A stretch of 64,000 nt of DNA from Sediminibacterium sp. (GTDB taxonomy: Bacteria > Bacteroidota > Bacteroidia > Chitinophagales > Chitinophagaceae). The notes beneath the pieces are model-generated. The model was not told the origin of the DNA, did not search any database, and worked only from the letters and a program-made list of their open reading frames with translations. Positions 1-8,820 of this stretch are shown in pieces. Each line of letters opens with the position of its first letter. Within the stretch, counting starts at the first letter, position 1. The stretch lies in contig JBBAKI010000002.1 in assembly GCA_040403595.1 (NCBI GenBank), forward strand, positions 45,088 to 109,087. Reading direction: 5' to 3'. The position numbers were made by a program, and so were the translations under genes.

Positions 1-353
1 TTTATTAAAATCTCATCTTTAGAGGAGGGCTTTATAACAGCGATATGTCCGGAAATAAACACCGATAAAAAGTCGTGAAAACCTACTAGTGGAATATTGC
101 CTGCCATCACCAACCCCACTTTTTTGGGTGCTAATTGTTGGGCTGGAACCCCATATTTGGCAGCCCATTGTGTTAGTAGTTGGGGGTCTAAAAAGCTATT
201 CGTGATCGAATTCACGGCTTTTTCTACAAATTCGGGGGCAAACCAGGGGTTTTCACGGGCTGCCCTTTCCTTTGCTGCGGCCCATTCTGGCTCATTTCCG
301 GCCATATAGGCACTTAATTTGTTAAGTATTTCAATTCGTTCTTGTAAAATCAT
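1..353 (-). CDS. Acyl-CoA reductase (LuxC-like), N-terminal part, runs off the left edge
   Basis: Manual translation from ATG at 353: [16 protein letters not shown]...ENPWF...[37 protein letters not shown]. The AGNIP-VG..D and K-SSKD motifs are typical of Bacteroidota acyl-CoA reductases. Not in the ORF track. Confidence 0.8.
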   Translation of the reverse strand, partial: MILQERIEILNKLSAYMAGNEPEWAAAKERAARENPWFAPEFVEKAVNSITNSFLDPQLLTQWAAKYGVPAQQLAPKKVGLVMAGNIPLVGFHDFLSVFISGHIAVIKPSSKDEILI

Positions 354-363
354 TTGTCGGCCG

Positions 364-371
364 TATTTTTG
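364..371 (+). promoter_or_regulatory. Bacteroidota sigma-A -7 element (TATTTTTG) for the ferredoxin/ddl unit
   Basis: Exact TAnnTTTG match 44 nt upstream of the ATG at 416. Confidence 0.6.
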
Positions 372-415
372 ATACTACAAATGTAAATTCAGTAACCCAA
401 ACAAAACCATTTAAT

Positions 416-763
416 ATGGCTATTAAAATTACAGACGAATGTATCAACTGCGGGGCTTGTGAACCCGAGTGTCCAAATAACGCAATTTATGAGGGTGGCG
501 TAGAGTGGGCCATTGCTGATGGAACCTCAGTTAAAGGAAGTTTTACTTTAATGGATGGTAGTTCAGTGACAACAGATGCTAGACTTTCTCCTATTAGTGT
601 TGATACCTACTATATTACGCCTAATAAATGTACCGAGTGTCAAGGTTTTCATGAAGAGCCACAATGTGCTGCGGTATGTCCAGTAGATTGTTGTGTACCG
701 GATGAGTTATACAAAGAAACCGTAGATGGTTTACTTGCTAAAAAAGACAAGTTGCACCTCTAA
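416..763 (+). CDS. 4Fe-4S dicluster ferredoxin (YfhL-like)
   Basis: [12 protein letters not shown] and [22 protein letters not shown] cysteine motifs. Confidence 0.9.
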   Translation: MAIKITDECINCGACEPECPNNAIYEGGVEWAIADGTSVKGSFTLMDGSSVTTDARLSPISVDTYYITPNKCTECQGFHEEPQCAAVCPVDCCVPDELYKETVDGLLAKKDKLHL

Positions 764-788
764 TTTTCTTTATACGCTAATGGATTTT

Positions 789-1772
789 ATGAAAAAAAAA
801 GTAGCACTGGTTACAGGTGGTTTAAGTGGTGAAGCGCAAATTAGTTATAAGAGTGCTGTTACTGTTAATGGTAATATAGACCGAAACAAATTTGATGTAT
901 ACCAAATAGATATCAATCAGGCGGGTTGGTGGTATACCCCCGAAAATAGCGCGCCTCAAAAAGTAAATAGAGATGATTTTTCTATTACGGATGGTGGTAG
1001 CAAAATAAATTTTGATGTGGTGCTCTTATGTATTCATGGAACACCTGGTGAAGATGGAAAACTACAGGGCTACTTTGATATGCTGGGTCTTCCATACACG
1101 AGTTGTGACGCGGCTACTTCTGCATTAACTTTTAACAAGCGTTATACCGTTGCTGTGGCTGCATTTGGTGGCATATCAGTGGCTAACTCCATGCACTTGT
1201 TTAAACACACGCCCGTAGCGCCTGCTGTTATTTTAGAAAAATTACAATTACCTGTTTTTGTAAAACCAAACAATGGTGGAAGTAGTATAGGTATGAGCAA
1301 AGTAACGACTGCAGATGCTTTAGCGCCTGCATTAGAAAAAGCTTTTAAAGAAGATACCCAGGTACTGGTAGAAGAATTTATTAGTGGAAGAGAATTTACC
1401 ATTGGTGTATTTAAAACCAAAGGAGTGTTACAAGTACTACCCATTACAGAAATTGAAACGGCTAACGAATTTTTTGATTTTGAAGCAAAGTACCAAGGTA
1501 AAAGTGTTGAAACAACGCCTGCCTTAATTACACCTGCTATGCAGTCTCAATTAGAAGCAGCTGCCAAAAGAGTGTATGAAGTGCTCAACTGCAGAGGCGT
1601 GGTGCGTATCGATTTTATTTACAACGAACAAAAAGGCCTTCCTTATATGTTGGAAGTAAACACGGTGCCGGGTCAATCCGCGGCAAGTGTAATTCCACAG
1701 CAAGTAAAAGCTTTGGGGATGAGCCTTCAAGATTTTTATACTTCTATTGTAGAAGAATCGTTTAATTCATAG
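789..1772 (+). CDS. ddl: D-alanine--D-alanine ligase
   Basis: GGLSGEAQIS, HGTPGEDG, VKPNNGGSSIG, RIDF and LEVNTVPG motifs. Start moved to MKKKVALV at 789. Confidence 0.95.
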   Translation: MKKKVALVTGGLSGEAQISYKSAVTVNGNIDRNKFDVYQIDINQAGWWYTPENSAPQKVNRDDFSITDGGSKINFDVVLLCIHGTPGEDGKLQGYFDMLGLPYTSCDAATSALTFNKRYTVAVAAFGGISVANSMHLFKHTPVAPAVILEKLQLPVFVKPNNGGSSIGMSKVTTADALAPALEKAFKEDTQVLVEEFISGREFTIGVFKTKGVLQVLPITEIETANEFFDFEAKYQGKSVETTPALITPAMQSQLEAAAKRVYEVLNCRGVVRIDFIYNEQKGLPYMLEVNTVPGQSAASVIPQQVKALGMSLQDFYTSIVEESFNS

Positions 1773-1775
1773 TCC

Positions 1776-2615
1776 ATGAAAAACCTCATACAAAAAATAG
1801 TGCAAAAGCCGTTATGGCAAAACATACTCATTGGTATTTGGGGATTATTTTTTTTACTGATTGTATTTTTTTTATCGCTGGGTTGGATTACAGGGTATGG
1901 TAAAACTGCAAAAGTAGCTTCGGTTGTAGGGCAAAGCTATGTGGCCGCTCAACTACAACTAGAAAAGGAAGGGTTCGAAGTGGTGATACTTGATTCTATT
2001 TATGTAGATAGTATTGCTAAGCTTGCCGTTATTAGACAAACCCCCGAAGCAGATGAAATTGTAAAAGCGGGTCGAACCATTTACTTAACCATAAACAGGA
2101 TGGTGCCTCCGCAAGTTGAAATGCCTTCGCTTGTGGGGTTCTCACTTAAAAGCGCTGAGCTTTATTTACAAAGTTTACAATTAAGATTAGGCGCAATTAC
2201 CTACAAGCCAGACTTTGCGCGTAATGCAGTATTGGATCAGTTATTTAATGGTGTTCCTATTGCACAAGGTATAAAAATTCCGCTTGGTTCTTCTATTAGT
2301 TTAGTAATTGGTACTGGATTAGGAAGTGAAGAAACAGATATGCCTAACTTGGTGGGTTTAACATATGAAGAAGCCAGAAATTTATTGTCATTACAACACA
2401 TTAATATTGGTTCGGTACTATCATTAGAAACTATTAAAGATTCTGCCACATCATTTATATTTAAACAAACGCCAAGTCGTTTATCTGATAAATTGGATTC
2501 TTTAACAGGGATGCTATTTCCTAATAAAATTCGACAAGGCCAACTCGTGGATTTATATTTAAGCAATACGCCCCCGTCTAAAGATTCTATTACTAATCCT
2601 TCTATTAAAAATTAA
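1776..2615 (+). CDS. Membrane-anchored PASTA-domain protein
   Basis: N-terminal TM helix, then three PASTA-like repeats (VVGQSYVAAQLQL, MPSLVGFSLKSA, MPNLVGLTYEEA). Confidence 0.85.
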   Translation: MKNLIQKIVQKPLWQNILIGIWGLFFLLIVFFLSLGWITGYGKTAKVASVVGQSYVAAQLQLEKEGFEVVILDSIYVDSIAKLAVIRQTPEADEIVKAGRTIYLTINRMVPPQVEMPSLVGFSLKSAELYLQSLQLRLGAITYKPDFARNAVLDQLFNGVPIAQGIKIPLGSSISLVIGTGLGSEETDMPNLVGLTYEEARNLLSLQHINIGSVLSLETIKDSATSFIFKQTPSRLSDKLDSLTGMLFPNKIRQGQLVDLYLSNTPPSKDSITNPSIKN

Positions 2616-2626
2616 ATAGGTTTCAT

Positions 2627-2929
2627 ATGCAAACAATTACCGTAGATGCGCTAAAAGAAATATTGGACGCTGGAGAAAAAATTAATTTAGTGGACGTGCG
2701 CGAGCCGCATGAGCACGCTGAATTTAATGTTGGTGGATTGTTGTTGCCGCTTGGTCATATTCAGAGCATCCAAATAGATGATATCGAAGACCTGAAAAAT
2801 GAAAAAGTATACTTCTATTGTAGAAGTGGTAATAGAAGTGGGCAAGCATGCTTACTGCTAGAAACCATGGGCTTTACAGACGTGGTAAACGTAACAGGTG
2901 GTATGCTTGCCTGGAGAGAAAAATTCTAA
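2627..2929 (+). CDS. Single-domain rhodanese
   Basis: VDVREPHE and the active-site loop YCRSGNRS. Confidence 0.9.
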   Translation: MQTITVDALKEILDAGEKINLVDVREPHEHAEFNVGGLLLPLGHIQSIQIDDIEDLKNEKVYFYCRSGNRSGQACLLLETMGFTDVVNVTGGMLAWREKF

Positions 2930-5079
2930 AATTTTATTGTCAATCCAATTATGTAATTGATGGTTGCCATAGGGTAGTAGCCATTTTCTGTAATGGTTTC
3001 GCCACCGTATACATAAGCATAGCTATATCCGTTAGGTACATATTTTTGATTGCTAATATTGTTAACTCTAGCGGTTAATAAAAATGAACGGTTGGTTTTT
3101 TTTGCAAACTCATAACTCGCACTTATATCTTGGTTGGCAAAAGCATCCAATGATCTTTCTTGTAAAGAGCTGTTGTCTAAATATTGTTTACCTACCCACT
3201 TGGTTTGCAATTCTACACGCAATGCTTTAGTAGGCTTGTACGCTAAGGTAGAAGCTGCAATAAAGTTTGGCGAAAAAGCAATATCAGTATTGTTTCTTGT
3301 AGTCGCATCCTGGTTTCCGGTATCATAGTTGTCTATGTATTCGGTATAAGATTTGATTTTATTTTTACTGATGGTGATATTACTTGATAATTGTAATTTA
3401 CTAGAGAGTATGGTGTTGTGTGAAAGTTCTAAACCAAGCCTGTATGAATTTGGAACGTTCATTCTGGTATAGGCGCCAACATCATTTATTTGTCCAGTTA
3501 ATACCAATTGATCTTTGTAGTTCATGTAGTATACATTGGCAGACCATAATGTTTTTTTATTTCTTTTTTCAAGACCCATTTCTAGATCTTGTAATTGTTC
3601 TTTTTTAGGTTGTGCAGCAGTGCCGGCTTCAAAGTCTTCTCTGTTGGGTTCTTTTTGACCAATAGAAAAACTAGCATAATGCACCCAACCATTTTTATTG
3701 TACTGGTATCCAATTTTAGGATTAAAAAATCCAAAATTCCTGTTGATATTTAGTGTTGGATTGTTTTGGAATCCAGCCATTTGGTGATTAACATTTCTAT
3801 ATTGTAAATCTAAGTAGCTGCTAAAATTGCTAGCCCAACTGTGCTGCCATTTAGCATATATGTTTGCTTCTTTTTTTAACGCAGCTAAATCGTAATAGGT
3901 GAAGGGGCCTGGTATTGTAAGTTTTTCTATCCATTTTACCCTGCCAAAATGCTTGCCCATATATGTACTCCATCCGCCACCAAATACTATTTCTTCATCT
4001 TTATTTTTATACTGAATTGACATGTTTTGCCCATAAAAATCATTGTTAAGCCAACGTCTTCTCACTAGATCAGCTCTTGTGTAAGTTGTTGTTCCAACTG
4101 TAATGGGCGGTATGAAATATTTAGAAAATTTCTGGTCTGCTTTGTATTCTTCGTAATAGCCTGCGCCTTTGGTATAGTAGCTTGTAATTTGTAGGTCTAG
4201 GTTATTTGCAATTTGATGATTGAAAAATAATTGATAATGTGTTTGCTTGTAATTATCTGTTTGATTATTGTAAGGATCGCCCGATTTTTCTGTACCAGCT
4301 GGGTTAAACGTTCTGTTATTTGCAAGTTCACTAGCCGGAACACCATACCATGCTTGATAGGTTTTTTCTTTACCAGAAAAAGTGGTAAACCTTATACTCG
4401 ATTTGCCAGCAAGGTAGGCGCCACTTGCATAGTATGATTTTAAATTGCTGGTGGCTCTATCAATATAACCATCACTTGTTATGCTACTTAATCTTGCGTC
4501 AATGGTAAAATGATTTTTTAATAGTCCAGATCCAAATTGTACAGTGTTTTTTAAAGTGCCAAAAGATCCAACACTATTACTTGTGCTAAAATATGCTTTG
4601 TTATTAATTTCATGGGTCGACAAATTTATACTGGCACCAAAAGCGCTTGGCCCGTTGGAAGAACTACCCACACCTCTTTGTATTTGTATACTACTTACAG
4701 AAGAAGCAAAATCTGGAAGGTTCACTAAAAAGGTACCCATACTTTCTGCGTCGTTGTAGGCCACACCATTGATGGTAACATTAATTCGGGTAGCGTCTGT
4801 ACCTCTAATTCTAATGCCCGTGTAACCAATGCCATTACCTGCATCGGATTGCACCACTACCGACGGTGTCTGGTTGAGTAAGAAGGGGAGGTCTGGACCC
4901 AAATTGTTTTTTTGAATGTCGGTCTTGGTTAGGTTTTGTTTGGCAAATGGAGCTCTTTCGGAAGCTCTAATGGCTCTTACTTCTAATGGGGGGAGTTGGA
5001 CGCTGTCTTTTTGAATGCTATGCGCAAACAAGGTTTGACACGCGGTTACCAATAACATTGTTCCCAAAAACTTTTTCAT
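2926..5079 (-). CDS. TonB-dependent receptor, probably a thiamine transporter
   Basis: Signal peptide MKKFLGT (start 5079), plug motifs GIRIRG..RINVTINGV and IQIQRG, C-terminal Phe, directly downstream of a TPP riboswitch. Confidence 0.85.
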   Translation of the reverse strand: MKKFLGTMLLVTACQTLFAHSIQKDSVQLPPLEVRAIRASERAPFAKQNLTKTDIQKNNLGPDLPFLLNQTPSVVVQSDAGNGIGYTGIRIRGTDATRINVTINGVAYNDAESMGTFLVNLPDFASSVSSIQIQRGVGSSSNGPSAFGASINLSTHEINNKAYFSTSNSVGSFGTLKNTVQFGSGLLKNHFTIDARLSSITSDGYIDRATSNLKSYYASGAYLAGKSSIRFTTFSGKEKTYQAWYGVPASELANNRTFNPAGTEKSGDPYNNQTDNYKQTHYQLFFNHQIANNLDLQITSYYTKGAGYYEEYKADQKFSKYFIPPITVGTTTYTRADLVRRRWLNNDFYGQNMSIQYKNKDEEIVFGGGWSTYMGKHFGRVKWIEKLTIPGPFTYYDLAALKKEANIYAKWQHSWASNFSSYLDLQYRNVNHQMAGFQNNPTLNINRNFGFFNPKIGYQYNKNGWVHYASFSIGQKEPNREDFEAGTAAQPKKEQLQDLEMGLEKRNKKTLWSANVYYMNYKDQLVLTGQINDVGAYTRMNVPNSYRLGLELSHNTILSSKLQLSSNITISKNKIKSYTEYIDNYDTGNQDATTRNNTDIAFSPNFIAASTLAYKPTKALRVELQTKWVGKQYLDNSSLQERSLDAFANQDISASYEFAKKTNRSFLLTARVNNISNQKYVPNGYSYAYVYGGETITENGYYPMATINYIIGLTIKF

Positions 5080-5146
5080 CTTTTTTGTTTTAAAGTTTAT
5101 AAATGGTAACAGGGAGAAAGCTATGGGAGGCACTAAAATGTGAACA

Positions 5147-5231
5147 CCTTCCCTTCGCAGGCATTACCCTGTTCAGGTTCTACGGGTATTTTCTCAGCCT
5201 ATGGCAAATTGCATAAGCACCCCGAGGAATT
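5147..5231 (-). ncRNA. TPP (thi-box) riboswitch
   Basis: The minus strand reads TTCCTCGGGGTGC...GGCTGAGAAAATACCCGTAGAACCTGAACAGGGTAATGCCTGCGAAGGGAAGG. It contains the conserved GGGGTG, CTGAGA, ATACCC, AACCTGA and TAATGCC..CG.AGGGA elements, with P1 formed by TTCCT/AGGGAA. Confidence 0.95.
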
Positions 5232-5238
5232 GTTGACA

Positions 5239-5246
5239 CAAAACTA
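5239..5246 (-). promoter_or_regulatory. -7 promoter element (TAGTTTTG) for the riboswitch/TBDR transcript
   Basis: TAnnTTTG on the minus strand just 5' of the aptamer. Confidence 0.6.
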
Positions 5247-5312
5247 AATGTAAAAAATGTTGCTACCAACTGTAACTTTAGGAGGACTCTTACGTTTTAC
5301 GAAAAAATACCC

Positions 5313-6044
5313 ATGATGTTTAAGAAACAATCGGTTTTAGTATCTTTTGCGCTAATCATTTTGTCAAGTGCTTTTGCCCAAACAACTAAAAAAATGGTTT
5401 TTGATGGTGCTGCCGAGGATAGAAACCTGTCGGGCTTTACTTCTATTAATGTAACAAATGCATTTGATGTGTATATATCTCAAGGAAACCAAGATGCTGT
5501 GGCTGTGAGTAAAAGTGATGAATCTGGCACAAGTTATATTATAACAAATGTTTCGGATGGAGTACTTTATATTAGTTATCGCTATAAGGGGTGGAGTTGG
5601 TCAAGCCTTAGAAACAATAAACTAAAAGCCTATATCACTGTCAAAAATTTAGAAAAGTTAACCGTGTCCGGTGCTTGTAATGTTTCTTTTGTAGACCCTA
5701 TCACATCTGGTAGGTTAGTTGTTAATAGTTCAGGTGCTAGCGATATTAAGGGACAGGTAAAGGTTAATAGCCTTAAACTAAGGGCGAGCGGTGCTTCCAA
5801 TATTAGTTTGTCTGGTACGGCCACAGAAACAGACTTTAACATCTCGGGGGCTTGTTCCATAAAGTCGCTAGACCTTGTTACAAATAATTGTGCTATTGTT
5901 GCTTCTGGGGCATCTAGTGTAAAACTCACGATCAATCAATCTCTAAAAGCCAACATTTCTGGTGCTAGTGATATCAGATATAAAGGAACGGTGAGCATGC
6001 TTAACTCCAAAACTAGCGGGGCCTCATCTATTAAACCGCTATAA
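5313..6044 (+). CDS. Head GIN domain (DUF2807) beta-helix protein
   Basis: Signal peptide and repeated SGAS/SGAC beta-solenoid units. Confidence 0.85.
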   Translation: MMFKKQSVLVSFALIILSSAFAQTTKKMVFDGAAEDRNLSGFTSINVTNAFDVYISQGNQDAVAVSKSDESGTSYIITNVSDGVLYISYRYKGWSWSSLRNNKLKAYITVKNLEKLTVSGACNVSFVDPITSGRLVVNSSGASDIKGQVKVNSLKLRASGASNISLSGTATETDFNISGACSIKSLDLVTNNCAIVASGASSVKLTINQSLKANISGASDIRYKGTVSMLNSKTSGASSIKPL

Positions 6045-6082
6045 ATCGTTGAAATATATTTGGTAAACTAGACGTCTAGCGT

Positions 6083-6090
6083 TACCTTTG
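6083..6090 (+). promoter_or_regulatory. tRNA promoter -7 element TACCTTTG, with TTTG -33 element at 6059-6062
   Basis: Both consensus elements present with a 20-nt spacer. Confidence 0.75.
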
Positions 6091-6102
6091 CCGTCCAAAT
6101 AT

Positions 6103-6174
<72 letters not shown>

Positions 6175-6175
6175 C

Positions 6176-6203
6176 AAAAAAGACCTCAAATCGGGGTCTT
6201 TTT
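6176..6203 (+). terminator. Intrinsic terminator after the tRNA
   Basis: AGACCTC/GGGGTCT stem flanked by A and T runs. Confidence 0.75.
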
Positions 6204-6243
6204 CTTTTAGTAGCTACCTTTAAGGTGCCATAAATAAGTTGTA

Positions 6244-7116
6244 ATGAAAGCTGGATTTGTAAATATTTTTGGAAGACCCAACGCCGGCAAGAGTACCTTG
6301 CTCAACGCCCTAATAGGCGAAAAAATGGCAATCGTGTCTCCTAAAGTACAAACAACTAGGCACCGCATTAAGGCTTTTTTAAATAACCCGGGCGAGTACC
6401 AGATCATTTTTTCTGATACGCCTGGAATTATTGATCCACGTTACAAGTTACACGAGCGTATGATGCGTGCGGTTAAAACGGCTCTCGAAGACGCCGATGT
6501 AGCCCTTTTAATAGTTGACGCCAACGATAATTTTGAAGAAACCAGTGCCATTTTTGAAGCCCTCAAGCTAAAAGTGCCAGCCATAGTGGTGCTCAATAAA
6601 ATAGATGCGGCTGCCAATGGCAAAATAGCTGAGGCTACCGAGTTTTTTGCTGCCAAGGCTTATTGCAAGAAAATGGTGAAGATATCGGCGCTTCAAAAAG
6701 TGCATTTGCAAAAGCTTTTGGCCGAAATTTTGACATTTTTACCCGAGGGTATGCCTTTTTACAACGAGGATGATTTGAGTGACATGCCCACCAAGTTTTT
6801 TGTGGCGGAGCTAATCCGAGAAAAAATCTACCATTTATATGGTGATGAGATACCATATCATAGCGCCGTTTTGATCAATGAGTTTAAGGAAAAGGAAAAC
6901 ATCATTAAAATTCAGGCCGATATTATTGTGCACCGTGAAACCCAGAAGGCCATTATTATAGGGGAGCGGGGTTCTATGATTCGTGAAATTGGGATCCAGG
7001 CTAGACAGGATATTGAAGCCTTTGTAGGACAAAAAGTGTTTTTAGAACTCTTTGTAAAAGTGCGTCCTAAGTGGAGAGATAACGACAATCAATTAAAAGA
7101 ATACGGATATCAATAA
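6244..7116 (+). CDS. era: GTPase Era
   Basis: GRPNAGKSTL, QTTR, DTPG and NKID motifs with a C-terminal KH domain. Confidence 0.97.
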   Translation: MKAGFVNIFGRPNAGKSTLLNALIGEKMAIVSPKVQTTRHRIKAFLNNPGEYQIIFSDTPGIIDPRYKLHERMMRAVKTALEDADVALLIVDANDNFEETSAIFEALKLKVPAIVVLNKIDAAANGKIAEATEFFAAKAYCKKMVKISALQKVHLQKLLAEILTFLPEGMPFYNEDDLSDMPTKFFVAELIREKIYHLYGDEIPYHSAVLINEFKEKENIIKIQADIIVHRETQKAIIIGERGSMIREIGIQARQDIEAFVGQKVFLELFVKVRPKWRDNDNQLKEYGYQ

Positions 7117-7181
7117 TTTGATTATCAATTTATTAGGTACTATTAATTAAATATTTATTTTAACTATTTTACACATATTTT

Positions 7182-8495
7182 ATGAGCTATACAGTCGCAA
7201 TTGTTGGAAGACCAAACGTAGGTAAGAGCACGTTTTTTAACCGTCTCTTGGAGCAGCGTAAAGCCATTGTAGACGATATCAGTGGTGTTACCCGAGACCG
7301 TCAGTACGGGGTAACGGATTGGAATGGTAAAAGTTTTAACCTCGTGGATACAGGTGGGTTTGTGCCCGATTCTTCCGATATGTTTGAAACCGAAATTAGA
7401 AAGCAGGTTAGAATAGCCATGGAAGAAGCCAACGCCATTATTTTTATGGTGGACGTGGCTACCGGTATTACCGATTTGGATGATGCTATGGCGGATATGT
7501 TAAGGCGCACGCCTAAGCCGGTTTATGTGGTGGTGAACAAGGTAGACAATGGAACTAGAGAGCTAGAAGCTACCGAATTTTACGGTATGGGTTTTGAGCA
7601 TAATTTCTTTGTTTCCAGTATTTCAGGTAGTGGTACAGGCGATTTAATGGATGCCATTTGTGCCGAGATTAAACCAGAAGATGCCAAAGCAGAAATATCA
7701 GGTTCTGATATCCCTAAGTTTGCAATTATTGGTCAACCCAATGTAGGTAAGTCTTCATTACTCAATGCACTTGTAGGCGAGGAGCGAACCATTGTAAGTG
7801 ATATTGCTGGAACTACCCGTGATACCATTCATACCCATTACAATCTCTTTCAAAAAGAATTTATATTAATTGATACGGCAGGTATCAGAAAAAAGTCCAA
7901 AGAAAAGGATGACCTTGAGTTTTACTCCATTATTAGAGCTGTTAAGGCCATGGATGAGGCCGATGTTTGTTTTATTGTGATTGATGCCCATAAGGGTGTT
8001 ACCGGACAAGATATTACTATTTTTAGTTTGGCTGCCCGCAAAGGAAAGGGTGTTGTAGTACTTGTAAATAAGTGGGATCTCGTAGAAAAAGAGACGAATA
8101 CTGCACGTGACTACGAAAAAAACTTGAAGCAAAAATTAGCGCCATTTACCGATGTACCTATCCTATTTGTTTCTGCAAAAGAAAAAACCAGAATCTTTAA
8201 AGCTATCGAAAGTGGGTTAGAGGTTTTTGAAAGCAAGCGCCGAAGAATCCCTACTTCTCAGTTAAATGAGGTGATGTTAAAAGCGGTGGCTGCTTACCAT
8301 GCACCCGTGGTTAGAGGAAATACAGTAAAAATTAAATATATAACGCAGTTGCCTACACCGGTGCCTTCGTTTGCCTTTTTTACCAATTATCCAGAAGATA
8401 TCAAGTCGCCGTACCGTAATTACCTCGAAAACCAGCTCAGAAACAGCTTTAATTTTAAAGGAGTGCCTATTCGCATATACTTTAGAAAAAAATAA
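7182..8495 (+). CDS. der: Ribosome biogenesis GTPase Der (EngA)
   Basis: Two G domains: GRPNVGKS...DTGG and GQPNVGKS...DTAG. Confidence 0.97.
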   Translation: MSYTVAIVGRPNVGKSTFFNRLLEQRKAIVDDISGVTRDRQYGVTDWNGKSFNLVDTGGFVPDSSDMFETEIRKQVRIAMEEANAIIFMVDVATGITDLDDAMADMLRRTPKPVYVVVNKVDNGTRELEATEFYGMGFEHNFFVSSISGSGTGDLMDAICAEIKPEDAKAEISGSDIPKFAIIGQPNVGKSSLLNALVGEERTIVSDIAGTTRDTIHTHYNLFQKEFILIDTAGIRKKSKEKDDLEFYSIIRAVKAMDEADVCFIVIDAHKGVTGQDITIFSLAARKGKGVVVLVNKWDLVEKETNTARDYEKNLKQKLAPFTDVPILFVSAKEKTRIFKAIESGLEVFESKRRRIPTSQLNEVMLKAVAAYHAPVVRGNTVKIKYITQLPTPVPSFAFFTNYPEDIKSPYRNYLENQLRNSFNFKGVPIRIYFRKK

Positions 8496-8534
8496 AATAT
8501 AGCCTAAAAAATTTGTCAATTTGAAATTGACGCC

Positions 8535-8542
8535 TATCTTTG
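8535..8542 (+). promoter_or_regulatory. Promoter -7 element TATCTTTG, with TTTG -33 element at 8512-8515, for the small lipoprotein
   Basis: Both consensus elements present with a 19-nt spacer. Confidence 0.75.
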
Positions 8543-8574
8543 CGCACAATTATTAATCCAAAAAAACAAGTACA

Positions 8575-8751
8575 ATGAAAAAAGTATTCGCAATCTTAGC
8601 TGTAGTAGCTTTCGTAGCATGTAACTCAGGTGAAAACAAAGAAGCTGCTGCTGACACAACTGCAACTGTAGACACAACTGTTGTAGCTGCTGACACAACT
8701 GCTGTTGATACAACTGCTGCTGCTATGGATACAACTAAAGCTGCTAAATAG
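8575..8751 (+). CDS. 58-aa low-complexity lipoprotein with five DTT repeats
   Basis: Manual translation MKKVFAILAVVAFVA-CNSGENKEAAADTTATVDTTVVAADTTAVDTTAAAMDTTKAAK. It has a lipoprotein signal, its own promoter and terminator, and GCT/ACT/GTA codon bias. Absent from the ORF track. Confidence 0.9.
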   Translation: MKKVFAILAVVAFVACNSGENKEAAADTTATVDTTVVAADTTAVDTTAAAMDTTKAAK

Positions 8752-8789
8752 TCGTATTTGTTTTAAAACATATACTTCTTGCAAGAAGG

Positions 8790-8820
8790 TCCTCACGACA
8801 AAGTCGTGAGGATTTTTTTT
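8790..8820 (+). terminator. Intrinsic terminator
   Basis: TCCTCACGAC-AAA-GTCGTGAGGA perfect 10-bp stem followed by T8. Confidence 0.9.

Noticed and set aside
792-800. A9 homopolymer at the ddl start as a phase-variation tract
   Set aside because: It simply encodes MKKK in an essential gene, and A-runs are common throughout this AT-rich window.
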